A DNA stretch of 64,000 bases from positions 540-64,539 of the forward strand of contig CAZIUL010000020.1 of the NCBI GenBank assembly GCA_964542475.1, written 5' to 3'. The notes beneath the pieces were generated by a model. It was given only the letters and a program-made list of their open reading frames with translations. It did no database searches and had not been told where the DNA came from. The DNA comes from an uncultured Phycisphaerales bacterium. Lineage in GTDB: Bacteria > Planctomycetota > B15-G4 > CAYZWU01. Every line of letters starts with the position of its first letter. The stretch's first letter is position 1. A program made the translations under genes and the position numbers. Shown here in pieces: positions 56,708 through 64,000 of the stretch.

Positions 56708-56765
56708 CCCGCATATTTCATCCTCTTCAGCTGCGGCACCGTAACCTGCACTGTGGCTGCGTTAA
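56708..56765. repeat. Single truncated arm of the family A repeat wedged between the BtpA stop and the stop of the next convergent gene
   Basis: cccgcatatttcatcctcttcagctgcggcaccgtaacctgcactgtggctgcgtt is identical to the first arm of copy 2. Confidence 0.7.
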
Positions 56766-56768
56766 CGC

Positions 56769-58691
56769 TCACTCCTGTTTCGCCGCAACAAGCACGATGC
56801 GCCTGGTATCAGGCGATTCCCACTCGATCACGAGCTTCCTGAACGCTTCGTACTCGTCCGGCGGTATGCAGCGCTTCACAGACAGAGCCCTTCTAATGTG
56901 AAGCACTCCCTGATCTTCCCACGCTCTCGACAGCATGCTGCCGGCCGGGCTGCTGAACTCCATGGGAGGAGGCAGCTCAGCCACTGAAATCGATTCGGGC
57001 AGATCAATGGCAACGCTCAGATCTTCGCTCACGCCGCGCGGCATTTCCAGCGGGGTGGTCCGCGTGTAAAGAGCCACGGGAACATTCATCTCCATCAGAC
57101 CGCCCGGGCATCCGGGCGCCTCGTACACGAAAAAGTCGCCTTCCTTCTTCAGGGGAGACGAGGATCGCGCCCTGGCCTTGAGGATCGACCTCTTCTCCCC
57201 GAGGAGCACAATCCCTGTCTCGCTGAGGTCAGCCCCGGAAAGAAGCTTTTTGAAACAGCGCCCGGCCCAGCCCTCGAAACCGCGTGCCAGCTCGACGTTT
57301 TCGTTCAAAGAGCCCTCCACCTCAACATGCAGCCCGCCGCTCAATGTGTGCTTGCTCTTGTCAAGGGCAAGACTGAGCTCAGCCCTTACCTTGTTCTTTG
57401 CATGGCCCTGCGCCTCGACCGGCAGGAGCTGGTTGTTGAGAAGGGACGGCCTGAACAGCGTGCGGCCGGCCAGCCTGTCATTCTTTGTACCGCTCACTAT
57501 CCGGTTCGTGCTCAGCAGGAGCGGTTCTTCATAAAGGAGCGGCTCGCTGAGCTTCTTGCGCAGGGAACACAACACCCTGCACTCGCTGAACTGCAGCCAG
57601 GATGGGACATCCCTGGCGACCTCCCGGTGCCTGGACACGAGCACGGGCTCAGCGAAAAACCCGGCGCTCCTGAGCATGACCACCAGAAGGCAGGCCTTGT
57701 CAAGACGGCTGCCAACGCTGTGCTGAAAGACATCCTCCGCCCTGAGAACGGAGTAGCCCGTATGCTCCGGCTGCACATCCGCGAGCGCCACTCCCCCGTT
57801 CACAAAGCTGTTGATCGCGAACACCCGCTCCAGCGAACCGGTCTTTTCCGAGAGGACCTCCTTCAGCTTTTTCTCGCACTCCTCGTCGAGCCATGCGGCA
57901 GCCGTGAAACGCCTGTTCAGGCTCCTGGCGGCATCGGTCCATGACGAACAGGTGGAAAAAACGAGCAGGGGCTTGTAATCCGCGGGGCTGCGCGCCATCG
58001 GCTCGGGAAGCGTTGCGGGCATGGCGCTCAGCTCCCAGGTGTAGGAAGTAAACCCGTCCAGCTTCGCGATAACGGGTTCGATGCCGCCGCTGTTCAACAT
58101 GCCGTGGTTCAGCTCCACATTCTTTGGAACCTTCACAACAACGGTTTTCTTTTCCACAGGGTGAACCGAGGAGAACAGCTCCTCACCCATCAGGTACGGG
58201 AAAAACCCCGGCTTCGACCGCACCTCGTGGTCAAGGTGAATCACTGCGCCGACCTCGAGACCGAGGTGCGTGATGACTGTCTCGCGAAGGTAATTGTATG
58301 GTGGCGCGTTCCTGCAAAAGCCGGGAAGCAGCTCGTTGATCGCGTTTGGCGTGCACGGGACTTCTTTTCCATCAGCCATGACGGTGACCGCGCGGTTTAT
58401 CTTCAGCTCCTGAAATCGCGGGTCGTGCACCAGGAAGCTTTCTCCCAGCAGCCTGTTGAACGCGTAATGGGTCAGGAGCTTCACCCTGTGTTCGTGTCGG
58501 TGCAGGGTCGAGCCGTCCTCGAACAGCGTGTACTCGTCGAGCACATCCAGGTATACGGCGTCAGCTTTTTGCAGAGCAGCATCCCCGGCAAAAGCGCACG
58601 GAAAAAGAGCCGCTGACAGAAACAGCACAGCGCATGCAATCGATCTTGATTTCATCTCTAAATCACTCCGTGAATCATCGGCCAAGCACAA
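56769..58691 (-). CDS. Secreted DUF3857-like/transglutaminase-like protein lacking the catalytic Cys (pseudo-enzyme)
   Basis: Aligns to the neighbouring paralog over ...DKAxxLxxMLRxAGF, but the Cys position is Arg (SRLDKAC vs VCKDKAG). Confidence 0.5.
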   Translation of the reverse strand: MCLADDSRSDLEMKSRSIACAVLFLSAALFPCAFAGDAALQKADAVYLDVLDEYTLFEDGSTLHRHEHRVKLLTHYAFNRLLGESFLVHDPRFQELKINRAVTVMADGKEVPCTPNAINELLPGFCRNAPPYNYLRETVITHLGLEVGAVIHLDHEVRSKPGFFPYLMGEELFSSVHPVEKKTVVVKVPKNVELNHGMLNSGGIEPVIAKLDGFTSYTWELSAMPATLPEPMARSPADYKPLLVFSTCSSWTDAARSLNRRFTAAAWLDEECEKKLKEVLSEKTGSLERVFAINSFVNGGVALADVQPEHTGYSVLRAEDVFQHSVGSRLDKACLLVVMLRSAGFFAEPVLVSRHREVARDVPSWLQFSECRVLCSLRKKLSEPLLYEEPLLLSTNRIVSGTKNDRLAGRTLFRPSLLNNQLLPVEAQGHAKNKVRAELSLALDKSKHTLSGGLHVEVEGSLNENVELARGFEGWAGRCFKKLLSGADLSETGIVLLGEKRSILKARARSSSPLKKEGDFFVYEAPGCPGGLMEMNVPVALYTRTTPLEMPRGVSEDLSVAIDLPESISVAELPPPMEFSSPAGSMLSRAWEDQGVLHIRRALSVKRCIPPDEYEAFRKLVIEWESPDTRRIVLVAAKQE

Positions 58692-60687
58692 CCGAATTGT
58701 CCATCATGTGTTTTACACCCTTGACCGCTTTTGCAAAGTTCTTGTAGTCGCAAGCGTCATATATCCTTTTTCGAAGCTCCAGGCGGGCCTCGAACGAGAT
58801 CGAACCCTCTTTTGCTTCATACCCTCCTTCGAACGATGCTGCTTCACCTTTCACCGCGCCGTACGACGGCAGGCTTGCGGCGCTGAACCCGTCGGGCAGC
58901 TCGATCGTCTCCGACAGCTCCACGAGACGCGAGGTGCGCGCGCGGAACGGGTATTTCCGCTCCTTCAGATCCAGGTTCATCCTGAGAAAAGATGCCGTGT
59001 CGGAAAACGGGTACGCGGCCACGCACGGCACGAAACGCATCTCATCGCCCACAACGGTCGCGTACCGCGGGATTCTGTACTCGATCGACACCTTGGTCGG
59101 CTCCGAAAGATCGTAAGGATCGTTGCGCACGACCGACCTGATTTCGGCCCGCGGAGAGATGGCGTGCATGACACGGCAGAAGTACTCGTGCCACATCGCC
59201 TTCATTCTCCTGCGGACCATGTTCGACCTGATGGAAGCGCCCGACTGACCCTCCGCCTTCAAGGTAAAGGATCCTTCGAGCTCGCCGTCCGCGTGCAGGC
59301 GGGACGAGCCATTGATCCTGAAGTAGTGGTTCTCGGGAGGGCTCAGCTGAGTGATCTGCAGGTCAGCCCCTTCAGGCACGCCAGGAAGGTAGTTCTGCTG
59401 CTGCTCAGCGCTGGACCAGAGCTCCCGCATGAAAGGGACCCACGTTGGATCAAGCAGCTTGTAGTCGCCGTAACCGGGGCATGTATCCAGGTAGTCCGCG
59501 TTCTTGATCAGTGTGACGCAGTGGTTGAACTGGTCCGCGGGGATGTAATCGATGCGCGAGCCCGCCATTGTCATGGCAGGGTACGATTCGAAGCCCGCTG
59601 CCCTGAGCATCGTGATGAGCATGCCCGCCTTGTCCTTGCAAACCCCGCAGCGGTCGTGAAGGTCCATCTCGCCCGTGTGAAGGGTGAAACCCTCGCCTTC
59701 TCCCATGGAGATGCCCGAATACCTTATGTTGTCGGCAACCCAGTGAGTCAGTATCCACACCTTCTCCTTGTCGCTTTCCACGCCTAGCAGAAGCTCATCC
59801 ACCTTGGCCTGGACCTTCGGGGTCACCTCGAAGCTTCCGTAATCTTCGTTCACGTTGTAAAACCACAGGCTTTTGGCTATCCAGTCCGGCGAGGTGGACA
59901 GGAGAAGCTTGGTGCCCACATCCGACCTGGAAACCATGTTCGATTCGCTCTTAAACGGCTCGATCCCCTCCTTTGTCCAGTTGTATTCGACCTTGTCCCC
60001 GTGAAAACGGATCGATGAGGCGACCTCACCGTTGTAGACCTCGTACTGCAGGGGCTTGTCCTTGGGCATTATCGCTGTGTAGCTCTTCTCGATCACATGG
60101 TTCGAGCTGTAGAACTCCACGATGTCGTAGAAGTGTCCTCGCATCGGAGGGATGAAACGTTCATCCTCTTCCCCTTCGCCTTCGCGAAGCAGCGCGTACG
60201 TGAACCCCTTCTTGAACGATTCCACGTAGACCCCGTCACCCGCCTCCAAGCGGCCGATGGGAAGCATCACCTGGCGCATGCCCCAGTAGATGGCGCGCGC
60301 CGGGGCGGGGTAGTCCATGGCTTCCTGCGGCGCGATCTCCTTCACGGTCCCGTCCTTCCTGATGATCCTGGCGCGCTTGATCTCCACGTGACCGGAGAGT
60401 GGATCGTAATCAAAGGTGATTGCGCGCAGGTTGAGCCCGCCGGACTCGGCCAGGACCTTCCACAACCGCTTCTGAGTGACGTAGGCCAGCCCGCTCGGCT
60501 GCACATCCGAGACGGTACGGTCGAAAACGAGCACGGAGCCCGACCCGGAGTACTTTCCCGCATCCCCTGCATCCGTTATCATCCGCCTCAATTCATCGGC
60601 TTCCTGTGCGCGCCCGCCGGAAGATGAAGCAGCGAAGATCAGCAGTACGGAAAATAAGAGGACAGGGTTTGGCAATCTACGTTTCAT
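58675..60687 (-). CDS. Secreted DUF3857-like/transglutaminase-like cysteine protease-fold protein (catalytic Cys present: GVCKDKAGM)
   Basis: Transglutaminase-core motif; signal peptide; 17-bp overlap with the downstream paralog. Confidence 0.55.
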   Translation of the reverse strand: MKRRLPNPVLLFSVLLIFAASSSGGRAQEADELRRMITDAGDAGKYSGSGSVLVFDRTVSDVQPSGLAYVTQKRLWKVLAESGGLNLRAITFDYDPLSGHVEIKRARIIRKDGTVKEIAPQEAMDYPAPARAIYWGMRQVMLPIGRLEAGDGVYVESFKKGFTYALLREGEGEEDERFIPPMRGHFYDIVEFYSSNHVIEKSYTAIMPKDKPLQYEVYNGEVASSIRFHGDKVEYNWTKEGIEPFKSESNMVSRSDVGTKLLLSTSPDWIAKSLWFYNVNEDYGSFEVTPKVQAKVDELLLGVESDKEKVWILTHWVADNIRYSGISMGEGEGFTLHTGEMDLHDRCGVCKDKAGMLITMLRAAGFESYPAMTMAGSRIDYIPADQFNHCVTLIKNADYLDTCPGYGDYKLLDPTWVPFMRELWSSAEQQQNYLPGVPEGADLQITQLSPPENHYFRINGSSRLHADGELEGSFTLKAEGQSGASIRSNMVRRRMKAMWHEYFCRVMHAISPRAEIRSVVRNDPYDLSEPTKVSIEYRIPRYATVVGDEMRFVPCVAAYPFSDTASFLRMNLDLKERKYPFRARTSRLVELSETIELPDGFSAASLPSYGAVKGEAASFEGGYEAKEGSISFEARLELRKRIYDACDYKNFAKAVKGVKHMMDNSVVLGR

Positions 60688-60753
60688 TGTGCTTTCCTCG
60701 AAGATGCTGATGAAGGTTCAGAGGTTCAGGGGTTTGTTCAACCGGGCCTCCCG

Positions 60754-62448
60754 TCATTTCAGTGTCTCTTCGATGGGAAAAACCGGCCTTATGTCTATGG
60801 GCACGTTTTCGATCCGCTTCAACGCGGCCTCGGTTTCGGGGCTGAGGATGCGGTACTTTTCTATGAGCTGTTTTGCACCCTCGTAGTCGCCCTCGGCTTC
60901 GATGACCAGAACATCGTGCGAAAGACCGCGAACAGCCTCCCGGATCGCGTCGTCGTTCACGAAAAAGCAGCCGTTTTCATCCACGCCTATGCCGCCCTTT
61001 TCCATGATGTAGTTGAGCTGGATAGCCATGCCCCCTCCGTGCGCCTCGTGAATCCCGAAGCGGATCGAGCGGAACATGCCCCCGACATAGGTCGAATACA
61101 GGGTTTGTTCCATCTCCTTTGGCAGGACACCCCGGTCCACGAGAAACTGGACGTTGTAAACCCCGAGTATGTCGGCCTTGCACTCCTCGATCGTGGAATA
61201 GATCTCCTTGAGCTCCTTGTTGACCGTTGTTTCCGTTCCGTCGATCGTGATCCTCCCGGGCCCGAGGCCGTGGCTGACCTCGTGCAGGAGAATGTGGGTG
61301 AACCATACGTCGAAGGAGATGCGCTCCAGCTCTTTCTCGGCGAGCACCTCTTTAACGATGGGCATGTAGATCTTTTCGTACTTGGCCTTCAGGATGTTTT
61401 TCAGCATGACCTTCTTGGAGCCCTTTGCCTCGCGCACCCGCTCGTCATTGGGCAGGTTGAAGGCAATGGTCTGGATACCGGCCTTGGTGTCGCCGGCCGT
61501 GAACACCTCGTTGACGACCTTGATGGGCGATGATGACCCGCGGTCGAAGTTCTTGTGCTCCTCCGGGTTGGGAAGGTTCTTCTCCATCTCGTCGAGGCTC
61601 TCGCCTATCTTTTCCAGCTTGGCGCTCTCTTCGGCGTCCACCACGCACACGAACGACTCGAACGCGGCCTTGTATCCGAAAAGGCCGTCCTCGTACACTT
61701 CGTACGGCCCGATCACAACCTCGATATCACCGGAAAGGTCCATCCAGTCCATGTCGCTCTGATAGTAGTCATCCGACAGAAAAGCGTCCGCCCTGCTTTT
61801 CAGGAAGACACCGAGGGTCGGGTCGTTCGTCGTTTCCGCGGCTTTGCGGAGCAGTGCAGCTGCCGGCTCGAGCTGTTCAGCAAAAAACTCGGAATAGGGA
61901 ATCGCCGCAAGACCGTCATCTTTTCGGCGAATCACGGTGAAGTTGCTCTCAAAGGCCTCGCGATCCCCGGGGTGTTCCTCCAGCCAGTTCTTGAACTCAT
62001 CCTTTGTCATGTCCAGTGGATAAAAGTTGGCGCCCTCGGGTTTGGCAGCGTCGTTGATAAATGGGTGCTCCTCATCGAGCCTGTCCCAGGGACCGAACAT
62101 GGTCTTGAAGTATTCGAGATGGACTCCTGCATCCTTTTCAGGCCGGCTGGAAAGCTCCTCCTTTATTGCCGGGTTATCGCCGCTTACCTGCAAAAGGAAG
62201 GCGCTGTCCATGTACTTTGCAGCCTTCACGAGAAGCTCCAGGGTTTCCCTTTCGGATTCGGGCAAAGAGGAAATATCGCAGGAAAGGATCACCGGAACGA
62301 GCTTGTCGAGCTGGATTTTCACTTTCTGGGCCGGTTGTTTCGTCTTGACCAAATCTTTGGAGGTGCCTGATCCCTTGTTGCCTGCGGGACATCCCAGAAA
62401 AACGAAAAGGGCAAGAACCATCAGTACTGCTTCGAAACGCAAAAACAT
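60754..62448 (-). CDS. Lipoprotein Zn-metallopeptidase related to DPP III (M49-like): HEVSHG plus downstream EECKAD motif
   Basis: Lipobox LGC; HExxH pentapeptide instead of the canonical M49 HExxGH hexapeptide, with the second-ligand motif EECKAD. Confidence 0.55.
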   Translation of the reverse strand: MFLRFEAVLMVLALFVFLGCPAGNKGSGTSKDLVKTKQPAQKVKIQLDKLVPVILSCDISSLPESERETLELLVKAAKYMDSAFLLQVSGDNPAIKEELSSRPEKDAGVHLEYFKTMFGPWDRLDEEHPFINDAAKPEGANFYPLDMTKDEFKNWLEEHPGDREAFESNFTVIRRKDDGLAAIPYSEFFAEQLEPAAALLRKAAETTNDPTLGVFLKSRADAFLSDDYYQSDMDWMDLSGDIEVVIGPYEVYEDGLFGYKAAFESFVCVVDAEESAKLEKIGESLDEMEKNLPNPEEHKNFDRGSSSPIKVVNEVFTAGDTKAGIQTIAFNLPNDERVREAKGSKKVMLKNILKAKYEKIYMPIVKEVLAEKELERISFDVWFTHILLHEVSHGLGPGRITIDGTETTVNKELKEIYSTIEECKADILGVYNVQFLVDRGVLPKEMEQTLYSTYVGGMFRSIRFGIHEAHGGGMAIQLNYIMEKGGIGVDENGCFFVNDDAIREAVRGLSHDVLVIEAEGDYEGAKQLIEKYRILSPETEAALKRIENVPIDIRPVFPIEETLK

Positions 62449-62515
62449 GTCGCTACTCCTGAACTCTTTCTTCGGTTACGGCGCCGACAGAGCGGCGCCC
62501 TCCAGATCCTCTGTC

Positions 62516-62932
62516 TCATTTTTTAGCCATTAAAAGCTCTTCCAGGGCGCTCAAAAGATCCAGCGCGGAAAGGATCCCCACGAGCTCGCCTTTCTTGTTC
62601 TGAACCGGCAAGGCCCCGTAACGCTGCTCGCGAAAAAGCACAACCGCCTTCCTTATCTTGTCGTAGGTGTGAACCACCTCCGGGTTTTTGGTCATCACAT
62701 CAGCTACTGAAATGTCTTCGTTGATGTCGTAATACGATGTCCAGTCATCGACGTTTTCCGCCCACTTGGGACGCCTCAGGTCCCTGTCGCTTATGATGCC
62801 CGCGAGCTTATCCCCCTCCACAACAGGAAGGTGCCGCACCCTGTGGGTCTGCATCACCAGGAACGCGTCCTTGACCGACATGCCCGGCTTGACCGTGATC
62901 AGTTTGGTTGTCATGTACTTGCTGATCTTCAC
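62516..62932 (-). CDS. CBS-pair domain protein
   Basis: Two CBS motifs; 138 aa. Confidence 0.75.
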   Translation of the reverse strand: MKISKYMTTKLITVKPGMSVKDAFLVMQTHRVRHLPVVEGDKLAGIISDRDLRRPKWAENVDDWTSYYDINEDISVADVMTKNPEVVHTYDKIRKAVVLFREQRYGALPVQNKKGELVGILSALDLLSALEELLMAKK

Positions 62933-62983
62933 TTCTTATCTCCGTTCTTGAATGTCATCCCTGATTAAAGATGAAAGCCTATC

Positions 62984-64000
62984 CTACCGTCTCCTCCTCC
63001 TGCCGCCCTTGCGGCTGTCCCCGCGGCCGTCCCTGCGGCTGTCCCTGCGGCCGTTTCTATCACCTCCTCGCCCACGGTCTTGCGTACGCTGTCCCCCGGA
63101 TGACGATCCGCTTTTCTCCGCATCATGCTCATCGTTTCTCAGGTAAAGCGGCTTGTGCAGCGTCTCCTGGTAGAACCTGTCGAACAGCATGGCCAGAACT
63201 TCCGTGGACTCGTTTCGCTCGCTTACATTCTTGGCCAATGGAATGAATCGACAAAGCCGCTCGCGGTCCAGGTGGTCGAGCCCGCGGTATTTCTCCTCGA
63301 GCATCACGAGGAGCCGCGCGGCAACTCGTTCTTCCAGCTCCTCATCCGTTGGCAGCTCCTTCCTTATCAGCACGAGCCCGTGGCGCTTGGCCCTTTTTTC
63401 GAGCTCCACCTCCTCGAGCTGGGAAACGAGGCTGATGGCGACTCCACCCTCGCCCGCTCGCCCGGTGCGGCCCGCGCGGTGGATGTAGTGGTCGTGCGCC
63501 TGCGGCAGGTTGTAGAGGATGACATACCCGAGATCGCTGATGTCGATCCCGCGGGCAGCCACATCGGTTGCCACGAGAAAACGCAGCTTGCCGCTTCTGA
63601 TCCGCTTCATGACCTTGTCCCGCTCCTTCTGAGACAGGTCGCCGCTCAGAAAGTCGCCGTCGTACCCGAAGTTCCTCAGAAACACCCCGAGGTACTCGAC
63701 CTCTCGCTTGGTGTTGCAGAAGATCAGCGCGGCCTCGGGGTTCTCCATCTCGATGATCTTCAAAAGCGCGCGATCCTTGTACATGGCGTCCGTGACATAG
63801 TATGTGTGATCAACCTCTTCCACGTGCATGATATCGCTGCTCAGCGATACGTGTTTCGGTTCCCTTGTGAAACGCTCCGAAAGCCTGACCACGCCTGGCG
63901 GAAGCGTGGCTGAAAAAAGGGCTGTCCTGCGCCTTTTCGGAAGGAAGGAAAGGATCTTGGTTATCGAGGGGTAGAAGCCCATGGACAGCATCTCATCCGC
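62984..64000 (-). CDS. DEAD-box RNA helicase, C-terminal part (N-terminus beyond the window end), with Arg/Gly/Asp-rich tail
   Basis: SAT, helicase motifs ARGID and HRAGRTGR; open frame continues to the window edge. Confidence 0.8.
   Translation of the reverse strand, partial: ADEMLSMGFYPSITKILSFLPKRRRTALFSATLPPGVVRLSERFTREPKHVSLSSDIMHVEEVDHTYYVTDAMYKDRALLKIIEMENPEAALIFCNTKREVEYLGVFLRNFGYDGDFLSGDLSQKERDKVMKRIRSGKLRFLVATDVAARGIDISDLGYVILYNLPQAHDHYIHRAGRTGRAGEGGVAISLVSQLEEVELEKRAKRHGLVLIRKELPTDEELEERVAARLLVMLEEKYRGLDHLDRERLCRFIPLAKNVSERNESTEVLAMLFDRFYQETLHKPLYLRNDEHDAEKSGSSSGGQRTQDRGRGGDRNGRRDSRRDGRGDSRKGGRRRRR

Overview
This is a gene-dense, high-GC (about 60%) bacterial chromosomal segment with about 48 protein-coding genes and one tRNA; the ORF track misses the partial gene at 1..1757 and truncates the one at the right edge. 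The gene content looks like an uncultivated FCB-group-like (Bacteroidota/Fibrobacterota-type) lineage: two paralogous gingipain-type C25 peptidases, an SBBP beta-propeller/Fn3 lipoprotein, a CarboxypepD_reg-repeat protein, sulfatase-family enzymes, a PepF and an M49-like metallopeptidase, and transglutaminase-like proteins. Core functions present are a ZnuABC-type metal-uptake operon with a His-rich porin and a His-rich small protein, a tandem GT39/TMTC-like membrane glycosyltransferase pair, an RRM RNA-binding protein, a GMC oxidoreductase, a GH38-like mannosidase, trkAH with an upstream HEAT-repeat protein, a DAHP synthase, glycerate kinase plus a hydroxyacid dehydrogenase, an MFS transporter, iorAB, a GAF/PAS sensor kinase, BtpA, a CBS protein and a DEAD-box helicase fragment. 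The most unusual locus is a convergent cluster of two cobalamin-type (class B) radical SAM enzymes around a PtsN-like EIIA and a 63-aa, 8-Cys small ORF, immediately next to iorAB; it is a candidate uncharacterised modification/RiPP-like system. Non-genic highlights are a roughly 172-bp palindromic MITE-like repeat family (4 full copies plus partial arms) that sits directly against stop codons. There is also a second, TIR-bounded element family. Smaller oddities are a lipoprotein gene interrupted by an in-frame TGA, an in-frame (CATGTT)n repeat encoding (HE)n, and several AT-rich intergenic islands. No CRISPR array, rRNA or integrase was seen.
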